The translations under genes and the position numbers were made by a program. 64,000 bases of DNA, from contig CAZCME010000003.1 in NCBI GenBank assembly GCA_964499705.1, forward strand, positions 1 to 64,000. The letters are read 5' to 3'. The notes beneath the pieces were generated by a model. It saw only the letters and a list, made by a program, of their open reading frames with translations, was not told where the DNA came from and ran no database searches. The stretch comes from an uncultured bacterium. GTDB taxonomy: Bacteria > UBA8481. Of the stretch, positions 28,867-43,663 are shown piece after piece; the first letter of the stretch is position 1, and each line of letters opens with the position of its first letter.

Positions 28867-30840
28867 ATGACGCAGGACCTCGAAAACTCTCCGGCCGGGG
28901 TCGATTGCTCCGCCGGACTCACCCGCGTCGACAAGGCCATCGATCGCGCCTGCCATAAACTCTTCTCCCTTCAATCCGGAGACGGTTATTGGGTCGGCGA
29001 GCTCTTCGCGGACTCGACACTGGCAAGCGACTCGATCATTCTGCACAGCTTCATGGAGTCGGATCCGATTCCGCACGTCGATATGATGCGGCGGCATATT
29101 CTGTCGAAGCAGCTGCCGGACGGAGGATGGAACCAGTATCCCGGAGGGCAGGCGGAAATCAACGCGACGCTGAAGGCGTACCTCGCGTTGAAATTGAGCG
29201 GGGTCGCGGCGTCGGATCCCACGCTCGTCCGCGCCCGCGCCGCCATCGCGGGCCTCGGAGGCCTGCGGGGGCTGCACACGTACTGCCGTTTCTACCTCGC
29301 GACGCTCGGGCAGGTTCCGTGGAGCGAGGCTCCGGAAATTCCTCCGGAACTTTTTCTCGCCCCACGCTGGTTCCCCGTCAATTTCCACGCCTTCTCCGCG
29401 TGGTCGCGCGGCATCATAGCTTCGATGACGATCATGCGGAGCCTCGAGCCGGTGGTAAAACCGCCGGAAGAACGAGGAGCGCGCGAGCTGATCGAGGAAT
29501 TCTGGGCGGAGAAGCCGGCTCCCACGACATTCGCCGGCCGCTTCTTCGTCCAGGCGGACAGGGCGATGCGCGCCTACGGCAGGATGTCCTTTAATCCGCT
29601 CCGCCGATACGCTCTACGCCGCGCCGAAGACTGGATGATGAACCATCTCTCCGACGGAGGGCTCGGCGCGATCTATCCCGCGATCCAGAACGCCGCCATG
29701 GCGTTGAAGACGCTCGGTTACGGACTGGATCATCCACTCGTCAAAGCGCAACTGGACGAGATCGAGAAATTCAACGTGATCGAAAGCGGGGAGATCCGGG
29801 TGCAACCCTGTAATTCACCTGTGTGGGACACGGTCTGGAGCGTCACGGCGCTGGCGGAGAGCGGGTACTCCACGGCGCATCCCGCGCTCAAGAAGGCCGC
29901 GCACTGGCTGATCGACCGCAAGCTCCCGCAGCACGCCAGGAATTTCGACCGGGCACGCGCCGGGAGCGAGCCGGCTCGGGGGATGAAAAGAAGCGCATGG
30001 TGCTTCCAGTTTTCAAATCCGTTCTTCCCGGACGTGGACGACACGATCGGCGTCATGACCGCACTACACGTTTCAGGCGCGGAAAAAGATGCGGAGCTGG
30101 GAGAATCCGCGAGAAAGGCGGTCGATGAAGGAGCGCGATGGATTCTCGACATGCGCAACCGCGACGGCGGATGGGCATCCTTCGACAAGGATCTCGACAA
30201 CGGGCTCCTGGAAGCGATTCCGTTCGCGGATCACAACGCGATTCTCGATCCGAGCACAGCGGACATCACGGCGCGCGTCCTGGAACACCTGCGCGTATGC
30301 GAGCGCCCTCTCTCGAAAAAAGAGAGCGGCAGAGCGATCGCCTTTCTGCTCGATGAGCAGGAGAAGAACGGCTCTTGGTTCGGGCGCTGGGGAGTGAACT
30401 ACATCTACGGAACGTCCGCCGCGCTCGTGGCTCTTTCGCCCGAGGCGCAGGGTGATCGCCGCGTTGCGGAGGCGATGCGGCGCGGCGCGGCATGGTTCCG
30501 CGCACATCAGAATCCCGACGGCGGTTGGGGCGAGAGCTGCCGGTCGTATGATGAGTCCGGGATCTTTCAGCGCGAGGAGAGCACGCCGAGCCAGACCGCA
30601 TGGGCGCTCATCGGCCTCATGGCGACCGGAGACGGAAGCGGAGCCGGCGCCGAAACAGCGGAGAGCATCGAGCGGGGAATCGCGCGGCTTCTGGCGACCC
30701 AAGACGAAGACGGCACCTGGGACGAACTCAACTTCACGGGCACAGGATTTCCGAAGGTGTTCTATCTCGGTTACTCCATGTACTCGCATTATTTTCCGCT
30801 GATCGCTCTTTCTCGATATCGCAGACGCCGGCGGGATTGA
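28867..30840 (+). CDS. shc: Squalene-hopene cyclase
   Basis: QW repeats (Q..DG.W), SPVWDT, PDVDDT (DxDD), GRWGVNYIYGT and TGTGFPKVFYL motifs. Confidence 0.95.
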   Translation: MTQDLENSPAGVDCSAGLTRVDKAIDRACHKLFSLQSGDGYWVGELFADSTLASDSIILHSFMESDPIPHVDMMRRHILSKQLPDGGWNQYPGGQAEINATLKAYLALKLSGVAASDPTLVRARAAIAGLGGLRGLHTYCRFYLATLGQVPWSEAPEIPPELFLAPRWFPVNFHAFSAWSRGIIASMTIMRSLEPVVKPPEERGARELIEEFWAEKPAPTTFAGRFFVQADRAMRAYGRMSFNPLRRYALRRAEDWMMNHLSDGGLGAIYPAIQNAAMALKTLGYGLDHPLVKAQLDEIEKFNVIESGEIRVQPCNSPVWDTVWSVTALAESGYSTAHPALKKAAHWLIDRKLPQHARNFDRARAGSEPARGMKRSAWCFQFSNPFFPDVDDTIGVMTALHVSGAEKDAELGESARKAVDEGARWILDMRNRDGGWASFDKDLDNGLLEAIPFADHNAILDPSTADITARVLEHLRVCERPLSKKESGRAIAFLLDEQEKNGSWFGRWGVNYIYGTSAALVALSPEAQGDRRVAEAMRRGAAWFRAHQNPDGGWGESCRSYDESGIFQREESTPSQTAWALIGLMATGDGSGAGAETAESIERGIARLLATQDEDGTWDELNFTGTGFPKVFYLGYSMYSHYFPLIALSRYRRRRRD

Positions 30841-30849
30841 TTCGGGAGG

Positions 30850-31114
30850 CGTCGACCGCCACGGAAGGGGAGGATGATGTCGGTTCGTCGGATGGAGACG
30901 GCGCAGGCTTGTCTGTTCCAGTTGGCCTGTTCCAGGCTTGCCTGTTCGTCGCCTATTCGAGGATACACTGCCCGAGGAACGTTCGTCTCTGTGATCTCGT
31001 CAGCGAAGAAGTGGTCTGTTCAGTAGCGCGTATATGACTGCATTCGAGGGGAGCCATCTCCACCCGGTTTAACCGAACCCCTCCCGCATCAGTAACTTCG
31101 GTTTGGCAGAGGCG
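30850..31114 (-). ncRNA. Candidate small RNA between the convergent shc and gyrA ends
   Basis: - strand TTGACG-16-TATAGT promoter at 31147-31120, stem-loops, three ~15-nt repeats, no convincing ORF. Ends approximate. Confidence 0.35.
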
Positions 31115-31205
31115 AGATGACTATAGTTTTATCGTTTCAAACGTCAAGTATTATTTTCTAATCATTTCAAACCGCATCATGTGGGCAGTAGGAAACGGAA
31201 GAATT

Positions 31206-36651
<5,446 letters not shown>

Positions 36652-36664
36652 GGCTAATAGTAAT

Positions 36665-36778
36665 AGGGGACATTCTCCAACATTCCAACATTGAGAATGC
36701 AGCTACTTACGAAATATTGGTATCGTACTTTTTGTAACGCCAATAATCTGAATGTTGGAATGTTGGAGAATGTCCCCT
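36665..36778. repeat. 28-bp perfect inverted repeat element between dnaN and recF
   Basis: AGGGGACATTCTCCAACATTCCAACATT (36665-36692) pairs with AATGTTGGAATGTTGGAGAATGTCCCCT (36751-36778) across a 58-nt AT-rich spacer. Confidence 0.85.
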
Positions 36779-37903
36779 TTAACCTCTCAGCGGCATGAGA
36801 ATATAGGAATACCCCGCGTCCTTGGCGGTCGTGAAGACCGCGGGAGCGATTTTGGCGCCCATCTCGATCATCACCTCGTCGTCCTGGAGCACCTTCAGGA
36901 CGTCGAGCACATAGCGCGCGTTGAAGCTGATCTCCAGGGGCGTGCCCGTCACGGTCGCGTCCACCTCATCATGGCCTTCGCCGAATTCCGGCGTCTCGGC
37001 GGAGACGATGACGCGGTCGGACTTGATGGAGAGAAGCACCTGCTGTGTTCTCTGGTTCGTGAAGGGACTGACGCGGCGAAGGGCATCGGCGAAGCTCTGG
37101 CGGGCGATCGTGATCTTCCGGTCCGAAGCCTTGGGGATGATCTTTTCGTAGTCGGGAAATTTTTCCGCGATGAGGCGCGAGTAATACGTGCCGGCGGGAA
37201 GCGTGAAAATGACGTTCGTCTCCCCGATTGAAAGTTCGACGGTGCCGGAGTCCGGGAGATTGCCGGCGATTTCCGCGAGAATGCGGGCGGGAATGATCAC
37301 GTTGATGTCCGTGTCCTTATCGGCGCCGGCTTTCTTGTGGCCGGAGAGAACGAAATCGGAAATAGCGAGCCGATGGCCGTCCGTGGCGACGAGGCGCGTC
37401 TGCTTCGCGTTCACGATGAGATTGGCTCCGGTCAGGAAGCTGCGCGCTTCGTCATGCGAAGCGGCGATCACCGTCCGTCGAATCGCCTCACCGAGGACCG
37501 GCGCATCGATCTGCAGCGAAACCTCGCTCGTGATCGTCGGGATCGCGGGATAATCCTCGCGAGCGGTGCCACGGAGCGTAAGGCGCGTCCGGCCGCATTT
37601 CAGCGTCAGGGCGTTTCGCTCCGTCACGAGCAGCGAGATCTCGCCGTCGGGCATCTCGCGGACGCTCTCCAGAAGCTTCTTGCCCGGAACGGCGAGCTCG
37701 CCGCCGGCCTGCACCGTCGCGGGCGTGTCGACGATGACGGCGATTTCGAGATCGGTCGCCGTGGAACGGATCGCGCCTTCCGATTCGGAGAAGTGCAGAA
37801 GAATATTATGAAGGGCCTGCATGGATGAAGGTCTCTGCGGCAAAGCTCCGGCGGTCCTGGTGATTCCCGCTATGAGGTCGGGTTTGGAAACAACGGCCTT
37901 CAT
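36779..37903 (-). CDS. dnaN: DNA polymerase III beta sliding clamp
   Basis: ATDLE, ATDGHRL, FPDY, FNARY and LMPLR motifs. Confidence 0.97.
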   Translation of the reverse strand: MKAVVSKPDLIAGITRTAGALPQRPSSMQALHNILLHFSESEGAIRSTATDLEIAVIVDTPATVQAGGELAVPGKKLLESVREMPDGEISLLVTERNALTLKCGRTRLTLRGTAREDYPAIPTITSEVSLQIDAPVLGEAIRRTVIAASHDEARSFLTGANLIVNAKQTRLVATDGHRLAISDFVLSGHKKAGADKDTDINVIIPARILAEIAGNLPDSGTVELSIGETNVIFTLPAGTYYSRLIAEKFPDYEKIIPKASDRKITIARQSFADALRRVSPFTNQRTQQVLLSIKSDRVIVSAETPEFGEGHDEVDATVTGTPLEISFNARYVLDVLKVLQDDEVMIEMGAKIAPAVFTTAKDAGYSYILMPLRG

Positions 37904-37908
37904 GAAAG

Positions 37909-38099
37909 TTTTCCCACGAAGAAGTTCTTCTCATTAATGTATTGGATAGTAGTCGTAATAGTAGTGACTGGGGATATGTTGAAAAGAGAGTGAAGTCGTT
38001 CAGGGTGACGGAGCCTCATCGGGAAAACCCCATGAAGAACTCCTCGGCAAAGATTCCACACTCTCCACAATCGCTCTCTCTTTCCATGGCTTTTCCACG
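37909..38099. other. Probable oriC unwinding region (DnaA-trios plus tandem degenerate DnaA boxes)
   Basis: TAG TAG TCG TAA TAG TAG (37947-37964) adjoins TGGGGATAT/TGTTGAAAA (37969-37985). Further ...TCCAC(A/G) boxes at 38052-38099. Lies between dnaA and dnaN. Confidence 0.8.
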
Positions 38100-38131
38100 T
38101 GTTGTCGGAAATTCATGAACAGGGAGATTCT

Positions 38132-39466
38132 TCAACGCAGCGACGCCTTGATTTCCTGGAGCATGTTCTGCATGTGGCGGTCGCGCTCGAGGAGGTCCGT
38201 GATTTTCTTGCAGGAATGCAGGACGGTCGTGTGATCGCGACCGCCAAATTCCGTGCCGATGACGGGTAGTGACATGCCGGTGATTTCCCGGCAGATGTAC
38301 ATCGCGATCTGGCGCGGCAATGTCACGTCGGACGTGCGCCGCTTGCCCTTCAATTCCTGCGTCGTCACCTTGAAGTAGTCGGACACCGCCTTCTGGATCT
38401 GATCCACGCTGATGCGGGAATCGCGGCGGGTTTCCATGAGGTCCCGCAGGGCATCCTGGGTCTGCGCCAGGTCGATCCTGCGATTGGTGAAGGTCGCCAT
38501 GGCTCCCACGCGCATCAGGGCGCCCTCGAGCTCGCGGATGTTCGAACGGACACGCGTCGCGATGTACTCGATGCAGTCGTGAGGCACGTCGAGATCCGCT
38601 TCGTCCGCCTTCATCCTGAGGATCGCTATGCGCGTCTCGAGATTGGGAGGCTGGATGTCGGTGATGAGTCCCCACTCCAGGCGCGAGCGGAGACGATCGT
38701 CGAAGGTCGTCAGCTCGCGGGGAGTCCGGTCGGACGAGATGACGATCTGGCGGTTGGATTCATGGAGCTCGTTGAAGGTGTGGAAGAATTCCTCCTGCGA
38801 TCGCTCCTTGTTCAGGAGAAACTGGATGTCGTCGATGAGGAGAAGTTCCGCCTGGCGGTATTTCTTGTGAAACTGATCGATGCGCGAATCCTTCAAGGAA
38901 TTGATGAACTCGTTCGTGAACTGCTCCGCGGAACTGTAGAAGACCTTCGCGTCCGGCTTCATCTGCAGCACATGATGACCGATCGCCTGCATGAGATGGG
39001 TCTTGCCGAGCCCGACGCCGCCGTAGATGAAGAGCGGGTTGTAGATCTTCGACGGAGATTCGGCGACGGCCTTGCAGGCCGCGTGCGCGAACTGGTTCGA
39101 CGTGCCGACGACGAAGGAATCGAACGTGTAGAGCGGATTCAGAAAATCGGCGGCGGGCGACGTCGAAGGCCGCGACCTCGGTCCCCTCTGGGGACGAGGT
39201 TCCTGGCGCGTCTTGTTGCCCGCATTCTCCGGCTTGCAGCAGATCCGGACGGACACGGGATTGCCGTTGTGTTTCACGGCGCTCGAGACGATGCCTTCCT
39301 TGTAATGATCCTCGATCCAGTCCTTGTGGAAAAGTGTCGGCACCCAGAGAATGAGCGTGTTTTTCCGCTCCTCCACTTCCACCTTGCCGAACCAATCCTG
39401 GAACAAGTCCGCGTCGATTTTTGTTTTCAGTTCATCCTGGATTTGAGTCCAGATCCCCAATGACAT
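38132..39466 (-). CDS. dnaA: Chromosomal replication initiator DnaA
   Basis: YTFDSFV, YNPLFIYGGVGLGKTHL, DDIQF, RL.SR..WGL and FGGRDHTTV motifs. Confidence 0.99.
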   Translation of the reverse strand: MSLGIWTQIQDELKTKIDADLFQDWFGKVEVEERKNTLILWVPTLFHKDWIEDHYKEGIVSSAVKHNGNPVSVRICCKPENAGNKTRQEPRPQRGPRSRPSTSPAADFLNPLYTFDSFVVGTSNQFAHAACKAVAESPSKIYNPLFIYGGVGLGKTHLMQAIGHHVLQMKPDAKVFYSSAEQFTNEFINSLKDSRIDQFHKKYRQAELLLIDDIQFLLNKERSQEEFFHTFNELHESNRQIVISSDRTPRELTTFDDRLRSRLEWGLITDIQPPNLETRIAILRMKADEADLDVPHDCIEYIATRVRSNIRELEGALMRVGAMATFTNRRIDLAQTQDALRDLMETRRDSRISVDQIQKAVSDYFKVTTQELKGKRRTSDVTLPRQIAMYICREITGMSLPVIGTEFGGRDHTTVLHSCKKITDLLERDRHMQNMLQEIKASLR

Positions 39467-39474
39467 ATATGATT

Positions 39475-39947
39475 TACTCCACAGCTTATCCAGTGTCCGT
39501 CGTATGAAGAGCTGCGAGTGAGCGGCGGCTCCGGGGTCATGCTACTCCAAATGAACCCGGTAAAGCAACGGGACATGGTGAAAAACTCCCGGTGCCTATG
39601 AATGCGTAAGTTACATCGTATATTGCGGCGAAGATCGAAATTCCCAGTTGAAACGCGACCTGGTTTTTCCTGCGATCGAGTCCGCACGTTGCTTTCGCTT
39701 CGTCGAAATCAGTTCCAACTTTCAACAGGCAATCCCCAAGCCGGATCTGATGCTCTCCGGCCCGTCATCGCGTTTCAGTGAAGCGAGTATAGTGAGGACG
39801 AGAAGCGGAGCAACAAAAATTTCCCACGACCTGAATTTCATCGCATGAAAAAAAACGAACAAGCTGTTGAAAAAATAACTCGCGGAGTTCGCGCCCGGAA
39901 TGCGGAAAAAAAATCGGTTCAACAAAAAGGAGGAATTGTTTTCCACA
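39475..39947. promoter_or_regulatory. AT-rich dnaA upstream region with degenerate DnaA boxes
   Basis: TTATCCAGT (39486), CTTTCAACA (39719), TGTTGAAAA (39865) and TTTTCCACA (39939). Confidence 0.5.
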
Positions 39948-39951
39948 ATTC

Positions 39952-40677
39952 TTAATCAGGCTGCTCAGGATCGCGTGAGGAAAATATTAAGGGGAGGTTA
40001 TGATTTTCATGAGGTGCCGGAGCCTCGATGCAGTCCGCGGAATCGTGGCGCGGATTGTTGACGATTTTTCCGATGGCGTGCCCCGTCATGAGCTCCGCGG
40101 GGAACGGCTCAAGGATCTTCATCACGGATTCCGGATCCGCGGCCGGATCCAGCCAGGTACGCGCGCTTTCGTCATCGAGAATCACGGGCATCCGATCGTG
40201 CACGGGCAGCATCAGCTCGTTGGGCCCGCATGTGAGGAGACAGCACGAGGCGATCGTTCCCTGATCGGGGGAGATCCATTCCTCCCAGAGGCCCGCCATG
40301 GCGAAAGGTTTCCGGCTCCGCATCCGAAAATACCAGGGCGACTTCACGGACCCTTCCCGTTTCCACTCGTAGTAGCCGTCCGCGGGGACGAGGCAGCGGC
40401 GTTTTCGAAAGGCCGAACGAAACGCCGGCTTCGATGCGACCGTTTCAGATCTGGCATTGATCATCTTCGTGCCCATGCGGGGATCTTTTGACCAGGAGGG
40501 GATCAGGCCCCATCGCAGGAGCGCCGTGCGCCGCGCGCTTTCCTGGAATCGAACGGCAAGAATGTCCTGGGAGGGAGCGATGTTGTAGCGGGAATTGATA
40601 TCGAGGTCGCCAGCGTCGAAGCCGAAAGCGTCCGCCAGTTCCTGAAGTTTCGTGTGAAGCGTGAATCGTCCGCACAT
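39952..40677 (-). CDS. SOS response-associated peptidase / abasic-site protector (SRAP, YedK/HMCES family)
   Basis: N-terminal MCGRF, YNIAP, WGL, INARSET, YYEW and HDRMP motifs. Confidence 0.95.
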   Translation of the reverse strand: MCGRFTLHTKLQELADAFGFDAGDLDINSRYNIAPSQDILAVRFQESARRTALLRWGLIPSWSKDPRMGTKMINARSETVASKPAFRSAFRKRRCLVPADGYYEWKREGSVKSPWYFRMRSRKPFAMAGLWEEWISPDQGTIASCCLLTCGPNELMLPVHDRMPVILDDESARTWLDPAADPESVMKILEPFPAELMTGHAIGKIVNNPRHDSADCIEAPAPHENHNLPLIFSSRDPEQPD

Positions 40678-40786
40678 GAGGGAATCGTGCCACACCGCTC
40701 CAAAGGTTCAATGGATTTATTGACGTTACAGTTGAGCCCCGTATCCATGTGCGACCCTGGAAGTTTCCCATCCGATGGCGGGAAAT

Positions 40787-40898
40787 TTAACAGGATGGGC
40801 AGGATGGGCATGATTTAAGAGGAATGAAAACCGCTTCCCGATAACAGGACAAAATTGCCTGCTATTCCACCCTGAATCGATCCTGCCCATCCTGTTAA
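40787..40898. repeat. 19-bp perfect inverted repeat built of CAGGATGGG units
   Basis: TTAACAGGATGGGCAGGAT (40787-40805) pairs with ATCCTGCCCATCCTGTTAA (40880-40898). Confidence 0.8.
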
Positions 40899-40972
40899 TA
40901 TTTCATGAGGGGGAAATTCTGCGCGACCCCTTTTATCTTGCGAAACGGAAGCGTGCCTTCGATAATGTTTTC

Positions 40973-42703
40973 ATGAGACGCTTAATTGGCCTGGTCGTCA
41001 CGGCGGCCCTGGTCGCGTGCGGCGGGGGTTCGGGTCCGTCCCGGGAACAGACTCTGCACGCCTCCGTCATTTCCGATCCCAAGTCCTTCAACGTGGTGAC
41101 GGCCCGAGAGGTCAGCACGTCCGATATCATGGGACTCGTCTTCGAAGGTCTTGTCCGATCCGATCCGAAGACGTTCGAGATCCTTCCGAACCTGGCCGAT
41201 ACCTGGTCGGTCGCTCCGGACGGCACACACTGGACCTTTCACCTCCGCCAGGACGTTCACTGGTCCGACGGTGTGCTCCTGACGGCCGACGACGTGATGT
41301 ACTCCTTTCAGAAGCTCTACCTGGACACGAACGTCGCCAGCGGCGCACCGGACCTGCTGCAGATCGACGGCAAGCTCTTCACGATCGAGAAAAACGACAC
41401 CTGGACGGTGACGTTCTTCACGCACGAGCCGTTCGCTCCCTTTCTCCGTTCCATCGGATTCGGCATCCTTCCCGCGCACCGGTACGGCTCCATCGCAGAC
41501 TTCAACCAGGCGCTCGGGATCAACACGCCGGCCGCGGAGATCGTGGGGACCGGGCCTTTCATGCTTTCGGAGTTCAAGCCCGGGGAGCGGGTCGTCCTTG
41601 TCGCCAACCCGAATTACTGGATGAAGGACGAGGAAGGCAAGGCCCTGCCGCGCCTTGCGAAGATCCTCATTCACATCGTGCCGGACCTGGACGCGGAAGC
41701 GGAGTGGTTCAAGGCGGGCAAAACGGATTACATAGGAGTACGCGGCAAGGACTGGCCGGTCCTTGCTCAGAATTCCGCGGGCTTCAAGCTCTGGAACCTC
41801 GGACCGCGTTTCATTTCCCAGTTCGTTTTCTTCAATCATAATCTGGCCGGAAAAATTCCGGACAAGAAGAAGGCCTGGTTCCGGGACCGCGAATTCCGGA
41901 CAGCCATCGCATGGGCGATCGACCGCCAGACGATCGTGGACGGCATCTACAATTCTCTCGCCTTCGAGCAGCACTCCTGCGTTCCGGACGCGAACAAGGT
42001 CTTCTACGATTCCGGAGTATTCCGCTACCCGTACGATCTCCAGCGCGCGGCGGACATTCTGAAGCAGGCCGGATACGCGCGCGGCGCGGACGGCAAGCTG
42101 CGCGACAAGTCCGGCAATATCGTCGCCTTCGAGCTCATTACGAACGCGGAGAACAACGAGCGCGTCAAGACGGCCTCGGTCATCAAGGAGAGCCTGGCGC
42201 AGCTCGGCATCGACGTCCACGTCAACGCGATGGCGTTCAACGCGCTGGTCGACCGCCTGGATAACGACCTGGACTGGGAAGCAGCGATGCTCGGATTCAC
42301 GGCCTCCATCGATCCCAACAACGGAGCCAACTTGTGGCGCGTGGAAGGCGATCTGCACATGTTCAACCAGAAACCGAGGAAGCCTCCGGAGGATGCTCCG
42401 GTCCAGGCCCGCCGCGACTGGCAGAACGCCGTCGCGAAGTGGAAGCAGGGGATCCAGCCCTGGGAACGCGAGATCGAGGAGCTCATCAACACCGGCGCCA
42501 AGACGATCGACCCTGCCGCTCGTTGGCAGATCTACTCGCGGATCCAGCGGATCGTCTCGCGGGAAGTTCCCTTCGTGTACACCGTCGCGCCGGCCGCGCT
42601 ATACGCGACACGCGATCAGTTGAAAAATGTCGATCCTTCGCCGGCAGGTTCGACATCCATGTCCGCCGTCCTGCACAATGTGGAGAGATTGAGCAGGGAG
42701 TAG
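40973..42703 (+). CDS. Oligopeptide/dipeptide ABC substrate-binding lipoprotein (family 5)
   Basis: Lipobox LVAC, DPKSFN, WSDG..LTADDV and GTGPF motifs. Confidence 0.93.
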   Translation: MRRLIGLVVTAALVACGGGSGPSREQTLHASVISDPKSFNVVTAREVSTSDIMGLVFEGLVRSDPKTFEILPNLADTWSVAPDGTHWTFHLRQDVHWSDGVLLTADDVMYSFQKLYLDTNVASGAPDLLQIDGKLFTIEKNDTWTVTFFTHEPFAPFLRSIGFGILPAHRYGSIADFNQALGINTPAAEIVGTGPFMLSEFKPGERVVLVANPNYWMKDEEGKALPRLAKILIHIVPDLDAEAEWFKAGKTDYIGVRGKDWPVLAQNSAGFKLWNLGPRFISQFVFFNHNLAGKIPDKKKAWFRDREFRTAIAWAIDRQTIVDGIYNSLAFEQHSCVPDANKVFYDSGVFRYPYDLQRAADILKQAGYARGADGKLRDKSGNIVAFELITNAENNERVKTASVIKESLAQLGIDVHVNAMAFNALVDRLDNDLDWEAAMLGFTASIDPNNGANLWRVEGDLHMFNQKPRKPPEDAPVQARRDWQNAVAKWKQGIQPWEREIEELINTGAKTIDPAARWQIYSRIQRIVSREVPFVYTVAPAALYATRDQLKNVDPSPAGSTSMSAVLHNVERLSRE

Positions 42704-43663
42704 TTGTTCTCCTTCGTCTTCCGGCGGTTTCTGAGCCTCATACCGCTTCTCCTCGGCATCTCGCTCATCTCCTTTCTGCTCCTGGAACTGGCGCCGGGAG
42801 ATTATTTCACCCAGCTTCAGCAGGATCCCACCATCTCCCGCGAAACGCTCGCGCGGCTCCGGCAGGAGTTCGCGCTCGATAAGCCCGTTCTCGTGCAGTA
42901 CGGCCATTGGCTCGCGAACATCTGCCGCGGGAACTTCGGAAGAAGCATCGCTTACAGAATTCCCGTGATGGACCTGCTGCTGCCCCGTCTCTTCAACACG
43001 ATCACGCTCTCCGCCGCGGCGCTCATGCTGTCCTGGCTCATCGCGATCCCTTTCGGCGTTTTCGCGGCCCGCAAGCCGGGAGGATGGTTCGACCGTTCGC
43101 TCGGATTCGTCTCCTTCGCGGGGATGGCGGTGCCGGAGTTCATGCTCGCTTTCCTCGCGATCTACCTCGCGGCGAAGACCGGAGCATTTCCCGTCGGGGG
43201 AGTGGGGGGATACGACCTGGAGGGGTGGGAAGCGGTGAGCGATTACATGACGCATCTGCTTCCTCCCACGATCGTGCTCGCCATCGGCTCCGTCGCCTAC
43301 ATCCAGAGGCTCATGCGATCGAACGTCATCGAGGAGCTGGGGCGTGATTACGTCCGGACGGCGCGCGCGAAGGGACTGCCCGCGTCGCGCGTCCTGTGGA
43401 GGCACGCGGTGCCGAACGCGCTGAATCCCATGATCACGCTCTTCGGGATGCAGCTCTCCGCCGTGGCTTCAGGAGCGGCGCTCGTGGAGAACGTGATGGC
43501 CTGGCCGGGGCTCGGCAGGCTTCTTCTTGAGGCCACGCTCTCGCAGGATCTTTACGTCGTCATGGCAAGCCTTCTCTTCGGCTCGCTTCTTCTCGTAGCC
43601 GGCAACCTCCTGTCCGACATCGCGCTGGCGGTTCTCGACCCGCGAATCAGGAGAGCGGGATGA
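42704..43663 (+). CDS. ABC permease (OppB/DppB-like)
   Basis: QY..WL...GNFG.S, DYVRTARAKG and DPRIR motifs; TTG start. Confidence 0.93.
   Translation: MFSFVFRRFLSLIPLLLGISLISFLLLELAPGDYFTQLQQDPTISRETLARLRQEFALDKPVLVQYGHWLANICRGNFGRSIAYRIPVMDLLLPRLFNTITLSAAALMLSWLIAIPFGVFAARKPGGWFDRSLGFVSFAGMAVPEFMLAFLAIYLAAKTGAFPVGGVGGYDLEGWEAVSDYMTHLLPPTIVLAIGSVAYIQRLMRSNVIEELGRDYVRTARAKGLPASRVLWRHAVPNALNPMITLFGMQLSAVASGAALVENVMAWPGLGRLLLEATLSQDLYVVMASLLFGSLLLVAGNLLSDIALAVLDPRIRRAG

Noticed and set aside
30904..30947. Three short direct repeats as a possible mini-CRISPR
   Set aside because: Units are ~15 nt and contiguous with no spacers, and no cas genes are in the window.
36656..36666. TAA TAG TAA TAG as a second DnaA-trio tract
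   Set aside because: No adjacent DnaA boxes; it is the flank of the inverted-repeat element.
39648..39848. ORF starting MKR divergent from dnaA as a possible rpmH
   Set aside because: It lacks the L34 MKRTxQP...HGF Arg-rich signature.
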